This document shows positions 1-10,013 of a stretch of DNA of 64,000 nucleotides, in pieces (position 1 is the stretch's first letter; every line of letters starts with the position of its first letter). The position numbers were made by a program, and so were the translations under genes. The notes beneath the pieces are model-generated. The model was not told the DNA's origin, ran no database searches, and saw nothing but the letters and a program-made list of their open reading frames with translations. The DNA is taken from assembly GCA_963741255.1 (NCBI GenBank), contig CAVUHM010000005.1, positions 32,750 through 96,749 of the forward strand, given 5' to 3'. The DNA comes from an uncultured Gammaproteobacteria bacterium (lineage in GTDB: Bacteria > Pseudomonadota > Gammaproteobacteria > Steroidobacterales > Rariloculaceae).

Positions 1-301
1 CGCCGTTGCCCATGTAGTGCTCGTCGCCTTGCGGCATCATGACGATGTCGCCGGCCGACAATGCCGTCGTGTCGTTGCCGACGCGGACGTAACACCGCCC
101 GCTGGTGACGAGGTGGAACTCGATCACGTGGTTGCCGGCCGGCGCAACGTATTGTCTGAATCGATGTGTCGGTGGCGAGCGAATGCACCACGGCGCCGAG
201 CAACGGGCGTCGTAAAACAATGCGCCCGAAAGCTTGACGGTGCGCAGGAACTCGGAGAGTGCGTCCACGGCGATGGTCAAAAACGGCTCTGGCCGGAGCA
301 A
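1..301 (-). CDS. AraC-family regulator, N-terminal cupin (ligand-binding) part; 3-prime end lies outside the window
   Basis: Reverse-strand translation is open from about 301 to the window edge: LLRPEPFLTIAVDALSEFLRTVKLSGALFYDARCSAPWCIRSP...GDIVMMPQGDEHYMGNG. This is the typical pattern of AraC-type cupin sensor domains. It is absent from the ORF track because the window edge truncates it. The TTG start at 301 is uncertain. Confidence 0.5.
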   Translation of the reverse strand, partial: MLRPEPFLTIAVDALSEFLRTVKLSGALFYDARCSAPWCIRSPPTHRFRQYVAPAGNHVIEFHLVTSGRCYVRVGNDTTALSAGDIVMMPQGDEHYMGNG

Positions 302-397
302 TATGCTAGCCGGTAGGATTGCAACTACAAAATAGGCGGCCGCCCAGGCAATTTTGGCGGCGCCCGAGCAAAGCGGCGGCTGCCGACGTGCGCCAGA

Positions 398-2122
398 ATG
401 GCGCGCAAATTACGTGAGGACTCCACGATGGCCAGATCTGATTCGTCGACCGTCTCGATCCCGTCCATGCGCCGGGCTTTGTGCCTCGGCGTGTTGGCCG
501 CGTTCGGCTGCTCGCCGGCAGCGCTCGCACAGCACGCGGGTCACTCCGCGCCATTGCCGCCCGCGGCCACGGAGGCTTATCCCGGCCTCGGCGGGCATCA
601 TTTCCCGATCACGACCGCGAACGCCGACGCGCAGACGTATTTCGATCACGGCATCGGCCTCTTGTACGGATTCAACCATGACGAGGCGGCGCGCTACTTC
701 CGCCGCGCGGCCGAGCTCGATCCGCAGGCTGCGATGCCGTACTGGGGTTTGGCGTTGTCGATCGGGCCCAACTACAACGACGCGGCCGTCGACGAGGCGC
801 GGGCTCGCGCTACCCACGATGCCGTGCGCAACGCGCAGCAACGAGCCGCCGCAGCGAGCGATCGCGAGCAGGCGTACATCGCGGCGCTCGCGAAGCGCTA
901 TCCGTCGCCGGACCCGAACAGTGATTGGCTGGCGTTTCACCGCGATTACAGCGATGCGATGCGCGCGCTGGTCGCACGCTACCCCGACGACCTCGACGCG
1001 GCCGCGATGTTCGCCGAGAGCCTGATGATGCTACGGCCATGGCAGCTGTGGACGCCGGACGGTGAGCCCGCGCCGGGCACGCTCGAGCTCGTGGCCGTGC
1101 TCGAGACCGTGCTGAAGGGCAATCCGGAGCACCCGGGCGCGAACCACTTCTACATCCATGCCGTCGAGGCGTCGCGGAATCTCGAGCGCGCGATTCCGAG
1201 CGCGACGCGCTTGATGACGCTCGCGCCGGCCGCCGGCCATCTGGTCCACATGCCGGGGCACATCTTCTTGCAGACCGGCGACTTCGATCTGGCGGCGGAT
1301 ACGAACGTGAAGGCCTCCGCGGCCGACAAGGCGTTCGTCGACCGGACCGGCGCGACCGGCGTCTATCCGCTGATGTACTGGACTCACAACATTCACTTCA
1401 TCGCGTACGCGCGCGCGCAGCAGGGTCGCTACGACGAGTCGAAACGGGCGGCACTCGACATGGTCGCCAACGTCGGCGACGCGGACCTCGAGATGCAGAT
1501 GCTCGAAGGCTTTAGGCTGTATCCGCTGATGGTCGACTTGAGATTCCACCGCTGGGACTCGATCCTCGCGGAACGCGAGCCGGTCGCGCAGCGGCCGTTG
1601 AGCCGCGCGTTCTGGCGCTTCGCCCGCGCGATGGCGTATGCCGGCACCGGCAAGATGCGCGAGGCGTTCGCGGAGCAACGGCGCTTCGAGCAGCTTCGCG
1701 GTCGGCTTGCGCCCGAGTTGACCTATCTCACCAACAACAAAGCGGCTCCTCTCCTGGCGCTGGCGTCCGCGTCGCTGGATGCGCAGATCGCAGAGGCGCG
1801 CGGCGACTCCGCGGCTGCGATCGCAGCGTGGCGCAACGCGTTGTCGGCCGAGGCGGCGTTGCAGTACGACGAGCCGCCGGCGTGGTTCTATCCGTTGCGC
1901 CAGAGTCTCGCGGCCGCGTTGCTGCGCAACGGACAGACCGCGGAGGCAGAGAAGGTGTTTCGCGAGGCGCTCGCGAAGCACCCGCGGGACGGGCGACTGT
2001 TGTTCGGCCTCTGGCAGACGCTGCTGGCGCAGCAACGACCGAGCGAGGCGCGGCTCGTCGAGAACCAGTTCAAGGCGGCGTGGAGCGACGCGACGACGAC
2101 GCTGACGCTCGCGGATCTCTAG
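398..2122 (+). CDS. Exported tetratricopeptide-repeat protein
   Basis: Intact 574-aa ORF with a signal-like N-terminus (MRRALCLGVLAAFGCSPAALAQ) and TPR-like helical repeats. It carries a conserved HPGANHFYIHAVEAS motif. The start may instead be 428 or later. Confidence 0.75.
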   Translation: MARKLREDSTMARSDSSTVSIPSMRRALCLGVLAAFGCSPAALAQHAGHSAPLPPAATEAYPGLGGHHFPITTANADAQTYFDHGIGLLYGFNHDEAARYFRRAAELDPQAAMPYWGLALSIGPNYNDAAVDEARARATHDAVRNAQQRAAAASDREQAYIAALAKRYPSPDPNSDWLAFHRDYSDAMRALVARYPDDLDAAAMFAESLMMLRPWQLWTPDGEPAPGTLELVAVLETVLKGNPEHPGANHFYIHAVEASRNLERAIPSATRLMTLAPAAGHLVHMPGHIFLQTGDFDLAADTNVKASAADKAFVDRTGATGVYPLMYWTHNIHFIAYARAQQGRYDESKRAALDMVANVGDADLEMQMLEGFRLYPLMVDLRFHRWDSILAEREPVAQRPLSRAFWRFARAMAYAGTGKMREAFAEQRRFEQLRGRLAPELTYLTNNKAAPLLALASASLDAQIAEARGDSAAAIAAWRNALSAEAALQYDEPPAWFYPLRQSLAAALLRNGQTAEAEKVFREALAKHPRDGRLLFGLWQTLLAQQRPSEARLVENQFKAAWSDATTTLTLADL

Positions 2123-2261
2123 CGCACCGCGGCGCCGCTCACGGATAGCTGCGCCGGCGCGAGCCGACGAAGGCGCAGAATCCGGACAGAAACGTCTTGA
2201 GCTGTTCGCGCACGCGCGCGTCGATCAGGGCGCCCTGCTCGTCGAACACGTCGCCGGCACG
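2108..2261. repeat. Left copy of a 154-bp imperfect direct repeat; contains a remnant of the last 41 codons of the FMN reductase gene
   Basis: Aligns at an offset of 241 bp with 2349-2502, roughly 90 percent identical by eye. On the minus strand it encodes RAGDVFDEQGALIDARVREQLKTFLSGFCAFVGSRRRSYP-stop, a duplicate of the real gene end. Confidence 0.8.
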
Positions 2262-2264
2262 AGC

Positions 2265-2337
2265 AACCGAAGTGCCGGTGTTACGGTTTAACCGAAGTGC
2301 CGGTGCTTCGGTTCAACCGAACCGTAACACCGGCACC
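2265..2337. repeat. REP/REPIN-like nested palindromic element, copy 1 (shorter variant)
   Basis: AACCGAAGTGCCGGTGTTACGGTTTAACCGAAGTGCCGGTGCTTCGGTTCAACCGAACCGTAACACCGGCACCG. It has two direct units GTGCCGGTG(T/C)T(A/T)CGGTT and one inverted unit, the same architecture as 11651-11725 and 39702-39775. Confidence 0.85.
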
Positions 2338-2348
2338 GTTCAGGGATA

Positions 2349-2502
2349 CTCGCGGATCTCTAAGGCGCCGGAGCGCTGCTCACGGATAGCTGCGCCGGCG
2401 TGAGCCGACGAAGGCGCAGAATCCGGAGAGAAACGTCTTGAGCTGCTCGCGCACGCGCGCGTCGATGAGCGCGCCCGACTCGTCGAACACGTCGCCGGCA
2501 CG
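2349..2502. repeat. Right copy of the 154-bp imperfect direct repeat; overlaps the true 3-prime end of the FMN reductase gene
   Basis: Begins with CTCGCGGATCTCTA, a copy of the last codons and stop of the TPR gene at 2108. Ends with GTCGCCGGCACG, exactly as the left copy does. Confidence 0.8.
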
Positions 2503-2951
2503 CGAGACCTGCAAGCGCCCGCCGAACCAGGCTTCCGTGCCGAGCGTTCTCAGCACCGGCAGCCAGGCGGTCTGCGACAGCAGCGTGCCGAAGCCGCCCG
2601 GCGACGCGCCGATCACGCGCGACGGGCCGGCCGCCGAACACGCGCGCGATGTCCTCCGACGGCCGCGACAGCCAGTCGATCGCGTTCTTGAACACGCCGG
2701 GGATCGAGTTGTTGTACTCGGGCGTCACGAGCAGCAGTCCGTCGGCCGCCACGATCTGCTCCTTGAGCGCGTCGACGACCGCGCGGGAGACCCTGCGCCG
2801 CCTCGACGTCGCCGTCGTAGAGCGGGATGCCCTTGATGCGTCGCGATCTCGAGCGTCGCGCCGGAGGGCATGTTGCCGCGGCGGCGCGCAGCAAAGCGCT
2901 GTTCAACGAAGCAGCCCGCAGGCTGCCGGAGATTCCGACGATCGTGGTCAT
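2380..2951 (-). pseudogene. NAD(P)H-dependent FMN reductase (ChrR/YieF-like), disrupted by about 4 frameshifts
   Basis: Family-typical segments are spread over three frames: MTTIVGISGSLRAASLNSALLRAAAA, GIPLYDGDVEAAQGLP, ADGLLLVTPEYNNSIPGVFKNAIDWLSRPSEDIARVFGGRPVA and VIGASPGGFGTLLSQTAWLPVLRTLG. These lie in ORFs 2613-2996, 2360-2752 and 2380-2616. An AAGGAG RBS sits 8 nt before the ATG at 2951. Confidence 0.8.
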
Positions 2952-3031
2952 GGGTCTCGCTCCTTCGAATGGATTCCAGTGATCTGATCTCGTCACTACA
3001 CTACGCTGAAGGTCAAGGAGTGGGGGAGATC

Positions 3032-5123
3032 ATGGCGTTGTTCGTGCGCGTCGCCGCCGTCGTGGCGCCGCTGATGGTGCTTGCCGCGACGACGAGCCTG
3101 GCGCAGAACGGATCCCGGCATTCGGCGCGTGACTTCTCCGCAGCGCGACTCGTCGCGCCGCCGACGGACCAGTGGCCCACGAACGGCGGCAACCTGTACA
3201 ACCAACGCTACTCGCCGCTCGATCGGATCGATACGACCAACGTCGCGCAGCTGAAGGGTGTGTGGCGCGCACGACTGAACGGTTCCGGCCTCGCGCCGCA
3301 GTATTCCGCCGAGGCGCAGCCGCTCGTTTACGACGGCGTCGTGTATGTGAGCACGGGCGCGAACGACGTGTTCGCATTGTCGGTAGAGACCGGTGCGATC
3401 CTGTGGCAATACATGGCGAATCTGCCGGCGGAGCTTCCGTCGGTGTGCTGTGGTTGGAACAACCGCGGAGTGGCGATCAGCGAAGACAAGGTCTTCATGG
3501 GCCGGCTCGACGGCAAGCTCGTTGCTCTGAATCGTGCGTCCGGTGAACCGGTCTGGACGATTCAAGCCGAGCGGCCCCAAGAGAACTTCTCGATCACGCC
3601 CGCGCCGGTCTATTTCGACGGCAAGGTGATCACGGGCTTCGCGGGCGCCGATCGCGGTACGCGCGGGCGCGTGAAGGCCTACGACGCCGACAACGGCGAG
3701 CTGCTTTGGACCTTCTACACGATCCCAGGTCCGGGTGAGCCGGGCCACGAGACCTGGCCCCAGCACAACGATTCGTGGAAATACGGCGGCGGCGCGGTCT
3801 GGCAGACACCGGCGATCGATCCGGAGCTGCAGCTCGTGTATTTCTCCACGGGCAACGCAGGCCCCGACTACAACGGCGCGGTGCGTGCCGGCGACAACCT
3901 GTTCACGGTCTCGATCGTCGCGATCGAGCTTAAGACCGGTAAATACCGCTGGCACTTCCAACAAGTGCATCACGACATCTGGGACTACGACTCGAGCAAT
4001 CCCGTGGTGCTGATGGACTTGGCTCTAGACGGACGCGAGCGCAAGGCGATCGTCGAGGTCGGCAAGACGGGTTGGGCGTACGTTCTCGATCGCGAGACCG
4101 GTGAGCCGATCGTCGGGATCGACGAGCGCCCGGTGATGCAAGAGCCGCAACAAGCGACCGCGGCGACGCAGCCTTTCCCCCGCGGCGACGCGGTCGTCCC
4201 GCACGAGGTCGAGATTGCACCGGAAGGCTTCGAGCTCGTGAACTCAGGGCGGATCTTCACGCCGTTCGTCGGCGAGGATCCGACGATCGTGAAGCCCGGC
4301 ATCTGGGGCGGCGCGAACTGGCCGCCGAGCTCGTACGATCCGACGAAGCAGTGGCTGTTCGTCTGCGCGTCATCGGTAGCCGGGGGGTTCACCGGGCAGG
4401 TCAACGCCGAGTTCGTTGCGCCGCGCGAGGGCGAGCGCTTCGGCATGGGCAACACGCGCGGCACGCCGCTGGCGCGGACGGGCGTGCTCGCGGCGCTCGA
4501 CATGACGACGAACACGCTGGCTTGGCGCTATCGCTGGCAGGAGCAGTGCTACAGCGGCACGCTCGCGACGGGCGGGGATCTGCTGTTCGTCGGCCGTAAC
4601 GACGGACGCCTGACCGCAGTCGATTCGCGAACCGGCCAGCAGCTCTGGGAGTTTCAGACCGGCGCGGGCATGCATGCGCCCATGAGCACATTCGAGCACG
4701 AGGGCAAGCAGTACGTGCTCGCGTATTCCGGCGGCAATGCGCTGATCGGCTCTCCGCGCGGCGACAGCGTGTGGTTGTTCGGCCTCGAGGGCACGTTGCC
4801 ACCCGTCGAGGCCGGTGCGCCGGTCTCGAGGCTCGCGGTCGCGACGACGACTGCGACCGCGGTCGCAGCCGCGGCCGAGGAGATCCGAGCCGGCCGGCAG
4901 GTCTACGACTCCACGTGCGTCGTTTGCCACGGCGAGGACGGCATGGGTGGGCACGGCGGCGGCGCGCCGCTCGACAAGGTTCAAAGCGTCGACAGCGTCG
5001 TCGACATCGTTACGAACGGGCGCAACTACATGCCGGCGCTGACCGCGTTGCTGACGCCGGAACAGATCCGACGCGGTGGCCTCCTACGTCGTCGACGCGT
5101 TCGCGAGCGAAGGCGCGGAATAG
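3032..5123 (+). CDS. PQQ-dependent quinohemoprotein alcohol dehydrogenase-like enzyme (beta-propeller plus C-terminal cytochrome c domain); one shift near 5069
   Basis: Signal peptide MALFVRVAAVVAPLMVLAATTSLAQ follows an AAGGAG/GGGGAG RBS. PQQ propeller motifs are present, including a vicinal CC (PSVCCGWNNRGVAI). The heme site is CVVCHGEDG. After EQI, a 1-nt displacement gives DAVASYVVDAFASEGAE-stop at 5121-5123 in place of the Arg-rich read-through to 5263. Confidence 0.85.
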
Positions 5124-5258
5124 GGGATGACGTTGTGTTAAATATCAGCCAGTTATATGCACAAGTGCGTGTGATGCATGACGCCTTATCGGCACGAGCT
5201 TACGAGCGTTTGACGAAAGGTTGCGGAATCTTCGGATGTGGCTCCGAAGTCACGCCAA

Positions 5259-5264
5259 TATAAT
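5259..5264 (+). promoter_or_regulatory. Candidate -10 box (TATAAT) for the MBL/DUF1592/DUF1552/ankyrin operon
   Basis: A perfect TATAAT lies in an unusually AT-rich roughly 140-bp spacer (5124-5306). It is about 43 nt upstream of a GTG start at 5307 that has a GGGAG RBS. I saw no good -35 box. Confidence 0.3.
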
Positions 5265-5306
5265 GAGTTAGCCGTCGCGTCGGCGGCCAACGGGTTGGGA
5301 GCTCAA

Positions 5307-6248
5307 GTGTTGGCGCAGGTTTCGCGCAGGACATTGATCGATACCGCGGTACGGGGCTTCGTCGGAGCCTCGCTGGGCGCCGCTTTGAGCGTCGATTCGT
5401 TGCTGGCCCAGCCTGCGGCCGTGCGCCGCGAGACTCGCGACCTCGGTAACAGCTTCCACGTGCTGACGCTCGGCGAGACGAACGTGCTCGCGGCCACGGA
5501 CCCGACCGGAATCACGCTCGTCGACGGTGGCCCGGCCGCGCAGGCCGATGCGCTCACGACGATGCTCCGCGCGTTGCCGAATGCCGGCAAGGTCCACACG
5601 TTGTTCAACACGCACTGGCATCCGGAGCAGACGGGATCGAATGAATCGCTGGGTGAAGCCGGCGCGACGATCATCGCGCAGGAAAACACGAAGCAATGGT
5701 TGACGACCGACGTCACCTGGCCATGGAACGACGAGACCGTGAAGCCGCTGCCGAAGGTGGCGTTGCCGAACAAGACGTTTTTCGGCGAGGCGGAGCTCAA
5801 CATAGGGGGCCGCCGCGTGAAGTGCGGGCACTTACGCGACTGCCCGCACACGGACGGCGATCAGTACGTGTTCTTTCCCGACGACAACGTGCTCGCCGTC
5901 GGCGACGCAGTCAACGGTGCCGCTTGGCCGTCGATCGATTGGTGGACAGGCGGCTGGATCGGCGGCATGGTCGGCGGCCTCGACATGCTGTTCTACGTCG
6001 CGAACAAGGACACGCGGATCGTGCCGGCTCGAGGTCCCGTGCTCACGCACGCGGACTTGCGCAAGCACTACGACATGTACAGCGTGATTTGGGAGCGTCT
6101 CGTGAAAACGTTGTACAGCGGCGGTGGCCCGAAGGAAGCGTTGGCCGCGAAGCCTACGCAGGAGTTCGATGCCATAATGGGCCCGTCGGACGTCTTCGTG
6201 GAACGCGCATTCCAGAGCCTGTGGGCTTATCTATCTCCGGATGCCTAG
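5307..6248 (+). CDS. Tat-exported MBL-fold metallo-hydrolase
   Basis: Part of ORF 5238-6248. A GTG at 5307 after GGGAG gives VLAQVSRRTLIDTAVRGFVGASLGAALS, a twin-arginine signal. The metal motif is NTHWHPEQTG. The upstream in-frame start at 5238 would overlap the candidate promoter. Confidence 0.8.
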   Translation: MLAQVSRRTLIDTAVRGFVGASLGAALSVDSLLAQPAAVRRETRDLGNSFHVLTLGETNVLAATDPTGITLVDGGPAAQADALTTMLRALPNAGKVHTLFNTHWHPEQTGSNESLGEAGATIIAQENTKQWLTTDVTWPWNDETVKPLPKVALPNKTFFGEAELNIGGRRVKCGHLRDCPHTDGDQYVFFPDDNVLAVGDAVNGAAWPSIDWWTGGWIGGMVGGLDMLFYVANKDTRIVPARGPVLTHADLRKHYDMYSVIWERLVKTLYSGGGPKEALAAKPTQEFDAIMGPSDVFVERAFQSLWAYLSPDA

Positions 6249-6263
6249 TGGACAGATTGCACG

Positions 6264-8715
6264 ATGACACGTAACGGATTATCCACGCTCGTGCTACGAA
6301 CCGTCGGCGTTGCTGCCGTCGCGACCGTGTTCGCGGGCTGCGGTTTCATCGGCGAGCCTTCCGTCGCCGAGCGCGCGCCGGAGCAATGGCCGCTCGTCGA
6401 TCGCTATTGCACGGAGTGCCACAACGGCGCCGAGCTCGCGGGCGAGCTCGATTTGGAGCGCATCGGCCCCGATAACGTTGCCGCGCACGCCGAGAAGCTC
6501 GAGATGGCGGTGCGCAAGCTGCGCAGCCATGCAATGCCCCCGCCGAAGGAGCCGCGGCCGGACGAGCCGCAGCTCCAGGCGTTCATCTCCTGGCTCGAGG
6601 ACGCGCTCGACGAAGCCGCCGCCGCGACCCACGGCTACGAGCCGATCGTGCCGCACCGACTGAATCGCAAGGAGTACGCGAACGCAGTCCGCGACCTGCT
6701 CGCGCTCGAAATAGATCCCGTCGAGTTCCTGCCGCAGGACGAAGAGGTCAAACACTTCGACAACATCGCGAGCGGCCTCCAGGTGTCGCCGTCGTTCATC
6801 GAGCAGTACGTCGGCGCGGCTCGGCAGATCGCGGTTCGGGCGGTCGGCCGGCCCGATGCGCGCACGGGCGGCCAGACGTATTTCGCGCCGCCCGGGTCGC
6901 CAGCAGACGCACGTGCAAGGGCTGCCGCTCGGCACTCGCGGCGGCTTCGCCGCCACGCATCTGTTCCCCTCGGACGGCGAGTACGAAGTCAACATCGCCG
7001 ACATGTTCAACCACATCTGGGGCAACACGTCGGAGTTCGAGAATACCGTCGTCGTGACCGTCGACGGGCGCGTCGTGTACGAGACGGTCGTCGGAGGCGA
7101 GGAGGACATGCGCGCCTACGACCAGGTGCAAGACGGCGTGATGGAGAAAGTCAACGCGCGTCTGAAGGACATCCGCTTCACGGCGACGGCGGGCCCGCAC
7201 AAGGTCGGAGTCACGTTCCGTCGCCGCACCTTCGCCGAGTCCGACGATCAGCTTCAGGCGTTCGTGCCCGGCGGCGGCCAGGACCGCGTGTTCCGCGTGC
7301 AGTCGTTCGAGGTCAGCGGCCCGTACAATCCCACGGGCTTGAGCGCGACCCCGAGCCGCGACCGCATTTTTGTCTGCGAACCGTCGAACGCTGCCGACGA
7401 CCAGCTCTGCGCCGAACGCATCCTGAGCGAGCTCGCGACACGCGCGTATCGGCGGCCGCTCACCGAGGAAGACCTTCAAGAGCTGCTCGCGTACTACCGC
7501 GACGGCGTCGCTACGAACGGCTTCGAGGAAGGCATCCGGAGCGGGCTCACGGGCATCCTCGCGAGCCCGTATTTCCTCTACCGCATCGAAATGCCGCCGG
7601 AGCACATTGCCCCCGGCGAGACGTACACCATCGACGACGTGGCGCTCGCGTCGAAGCTATCGTTCTTTCTTTGGAACACGATCCCCGACGACGAGCTGCG
7701 CGACCTCGCCGTGCGCGGCGAGCTCAGCGACGAGCGCGTGCTGCGCGCGCAGGTCGAGCGGATGCTCAAGGATCCGCGCGCCGAGACGCTCGCGAGCAAC
7801 TTCGTCTATCACTGGCTCGACCTGAAGCGCCTCGAGGAAGTCGAGCCCGACACGTCGATCTTCCCGTACGCCTCCGGCAGCGGCGATCCGCGCGAGGACT
7901 ACCTGACCGAGCTCTCGCTGTTCGCGAAGAGCCTATTCGACGAGGACCGCAGCGTCGTCGAGTTCATGACGGCCAAGCACACGTTCGTGAACGAGCGTAT
8001 CGCGCTGCTCTACGGCATCAACAGCGTGAAGGGCGATCGCTTCCAGCGCGTCGAGCTCGAAGACTCGACGCGATGGGGATTGCTGGGTAAGGGCGCGATC
8101 CTGATGGCGGCCGCGTATCCGAACCGCACGTCGCCGGTGCTGCGCGGCGCGTTCATTCTCGAGTACATCGCCGGTGCGCCGCCCGCCACGCCGCCGCCGG
8201 GCGTCGACGCGTTTCCGGAGGCCGAGATCGGTACTGCGAAGGCGCGCACGGTGCGCGACATCATGGCGCAGCACCGCGCGAATCCAACGTGTTTCGCCTG
8301 TCACGGGGTCATGGATCCGCTCGGCTTCGCGCTCGAGAATTTCGATGCCGTTGGTGTTTGGCGCGATGTCGATCGCTACGCGGGCACGCCGATCGATTCG
8401 GCCGCCGAGCTGCCCGACGGCACTGCCGTGACCGGGCCAGACGATCTGCGCGCAGCGCTCATGCGCAACCCCGAGCAGTTCGTACAGACGTTTGCCGAGC
8501 GCTTCCTCATATACGCGCTCGGCCGCACGACGGATTACCGCGACATGCCGGCCGTGCGGAAGATCGTGCGCGAGGCGGGCAAAGAGGATTATCGTTTCTC
8601 GGAATTGGTCTGGCAGGTGGTGGCGAGCGAGCCGTTCCGTATGCGCGTGGCGCCGGAGCTTCCCGCACCGCCGGCGCCCATCGTCGCGCAAGCCGCGGCC
8701 GACGCGGGGGAGTAG
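6264..8715 (+). pseudogene. DUF1592/DUF1587/DUF1585-type heme-binding protein (CxxCH), one +1 frameshift near 6895
   Basis: ORF 6264-8090 carries the N-terminus up to GGQTYFAPPG (CTECHNG heme motif; HRLNRKEYANAVRDLL). ORF 6856-8715 continues with QQTHVQGLPLGTRGGFAATHLFPSDGEYEV and runs to CFACHGVMDPLGFALENFD. It is the usual partner of the DUF1552 gene downstream. Confidence 0.85.
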
Positions 8716-8724
8716 GAGAGAGTC

Positions 8725-10011
8725 ATGTTCATCACGAAGAAACATCTTTCGCGTCGGACGGTGCTGAAGGGAGCGGGGGCGGCCATCGCGCTGCCGTTGC
8801 TCGACGCCATGAATCCCGCGGGCGTTGCCTGGGCACAAACCGCTGCGGGCAAGACACCGCATCGGCTCGCGTTCGTCGGCTTCCCGCACGGCGCCGTGAT
8901 GCGGCACTGGAAACCCGAGCAAACGGGCAGCGACTACACGATGACGAGAATCTTGGAGCCGCTTGCACCTTATCGCGAGCACATGACGATCGTCACGGGC
9001 CTGCGCAACAGGCCGGCCGAGAGCCCGGAGCCGCACGAGTTCATCGAGCGAACCTGGTTGTCGTGCGTATCGCCGAAACAAGCCGGCGTGATCGGGCCGG
9101 ACGCCGGCGTCACGGCGGACCAGTTCGCAGCGCGACACATCGGCCAAGAGACCCGCATACCGTCTCTGGAGCTCACGACGTCGGGACGCGGTGCACAGCT
9201 CGCGTGGCGCACGCCCACCCAATCGCTGCCGCAGGAAAGCAATCCTCGCGCCGTGTTTTACCGGCTGTTCGGCCAAGGCGACGACGAGGCCGAGCGTGCG
9301 GCCATCCTTGAGGAGACCGGCAGCATCCTCGATCGCGTGATGGCGCAGGCGAATGGCTTGCAGGCGAAGCTCGGTGGTCAGGATCGCGCAGCCGTCGGTG
9401 TCTATCTCGACTCGGTACGCGAGATCGAGCGGCGAGTTCAGATGGCGGAGGAAAAGGACACGAGCAACCTCGACATTCCCGAGGCGCCGATTGGCGTGCC
9501 GAACGACCTCGACACGCACTTCGCGCTGATGTTCGATTTGATGGCGCTCGCGTTCCAGGCCGATCTCACGCGCGTGATCACGTTCTCGATGGACCGTGAA
9601 GCGAGCATGCGCACGTACAACAACTTGAGCATCTCGGAGGCGTTCCATCCGCTGTCGCACCACGCGAACGACCCCGGCAAGCAGGATCGTCTCGCGGTGA
9701 TCCAGACGTATCACACGAAGGTGTTCGCGCGCTTCGTCGACCGCGTGGCGAAGACGCCGGAGGGCGACGGCTCGCTGCTCGATCACTCGATGATCCTGTA
9801 CGGCAGCAACATGAGCGATAGCAACCGCCACAACAACGATCCGTTGCCGTCGGCGATCCTGGGTCATGCGCACGGCCGCATCAAAGGCGGCACGCACGTG
9901 CACTATCCGCAGGACGCGAAGCACTCGAATCTGTTGCTGACGCTGCTCGAGCGCACCGAGATTCCGGTCGAGTCGATCGGCGACAGCGACAACACGTTGT
10001 CGGAGGTCTGA
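8725..10011 (+). CDS. DUF1552 domain protein with Tat signal
   Basis: Intact 428-aa ORF. N-terminus MFITKKHLSRRTVLKGAGAAIALPLLDAM. Starts 10 nt after the DUF1592 stop and has a GGAGAGAG RBS. Confidence 0.9.
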   Translation: MFITKKHLSRRTVLKGAGAAIALPLLDAMNPAGVAWAQTAAGKTPHRLAFVGFPHGAVMRHWKPEQTGSDYTMTRILEPLAPYREHMTIVTGLRNRPAESPEPHEFIERTWLSCVSPKQAGVIGPDAGVTADQFAARHIGQETRIPSLELTTSGRGAQLAWRTPTQSLPQESNPRAVFYRLFGQGDDEAERAAILEETGSILDRVMAQANGLQAKLGGQDRAAVGVYLDSVREIERRVQMAEEKDTSNLDIPEAPIGVPNDLDTHFALMFDLMALAFQADLTRVITFSMDREASMRTYNNLSISEAFHPLSHHANDPGKQDRLAVIQTYHTKVFARFVDRVAKTPEGDGSLLDHSMILYGSNMSDSNRHNNDPLPSAILGHAHGRIKGGTHVHYPQDAKHSNLLLTLLERTEIPVESIGDSDNTLSEV

Positions 10012-10013
10012 GC

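Noticed and set aside
1031-2035. 334-aa minus-strand ORF, along with the many other 60-400 aa ORFs nested in or opposite recognised genes (for example 17-316, 2996-3973, 10281-10874, 16152-17393, 19619-20572, 21437-22363, 40302-41348, 57299-58411)
   Set aside because: All overlap a better-supported gene on the other strand or frame. They have Arg/Pro/Ala-dominated composition and lack RBSs or recognisable motifs.
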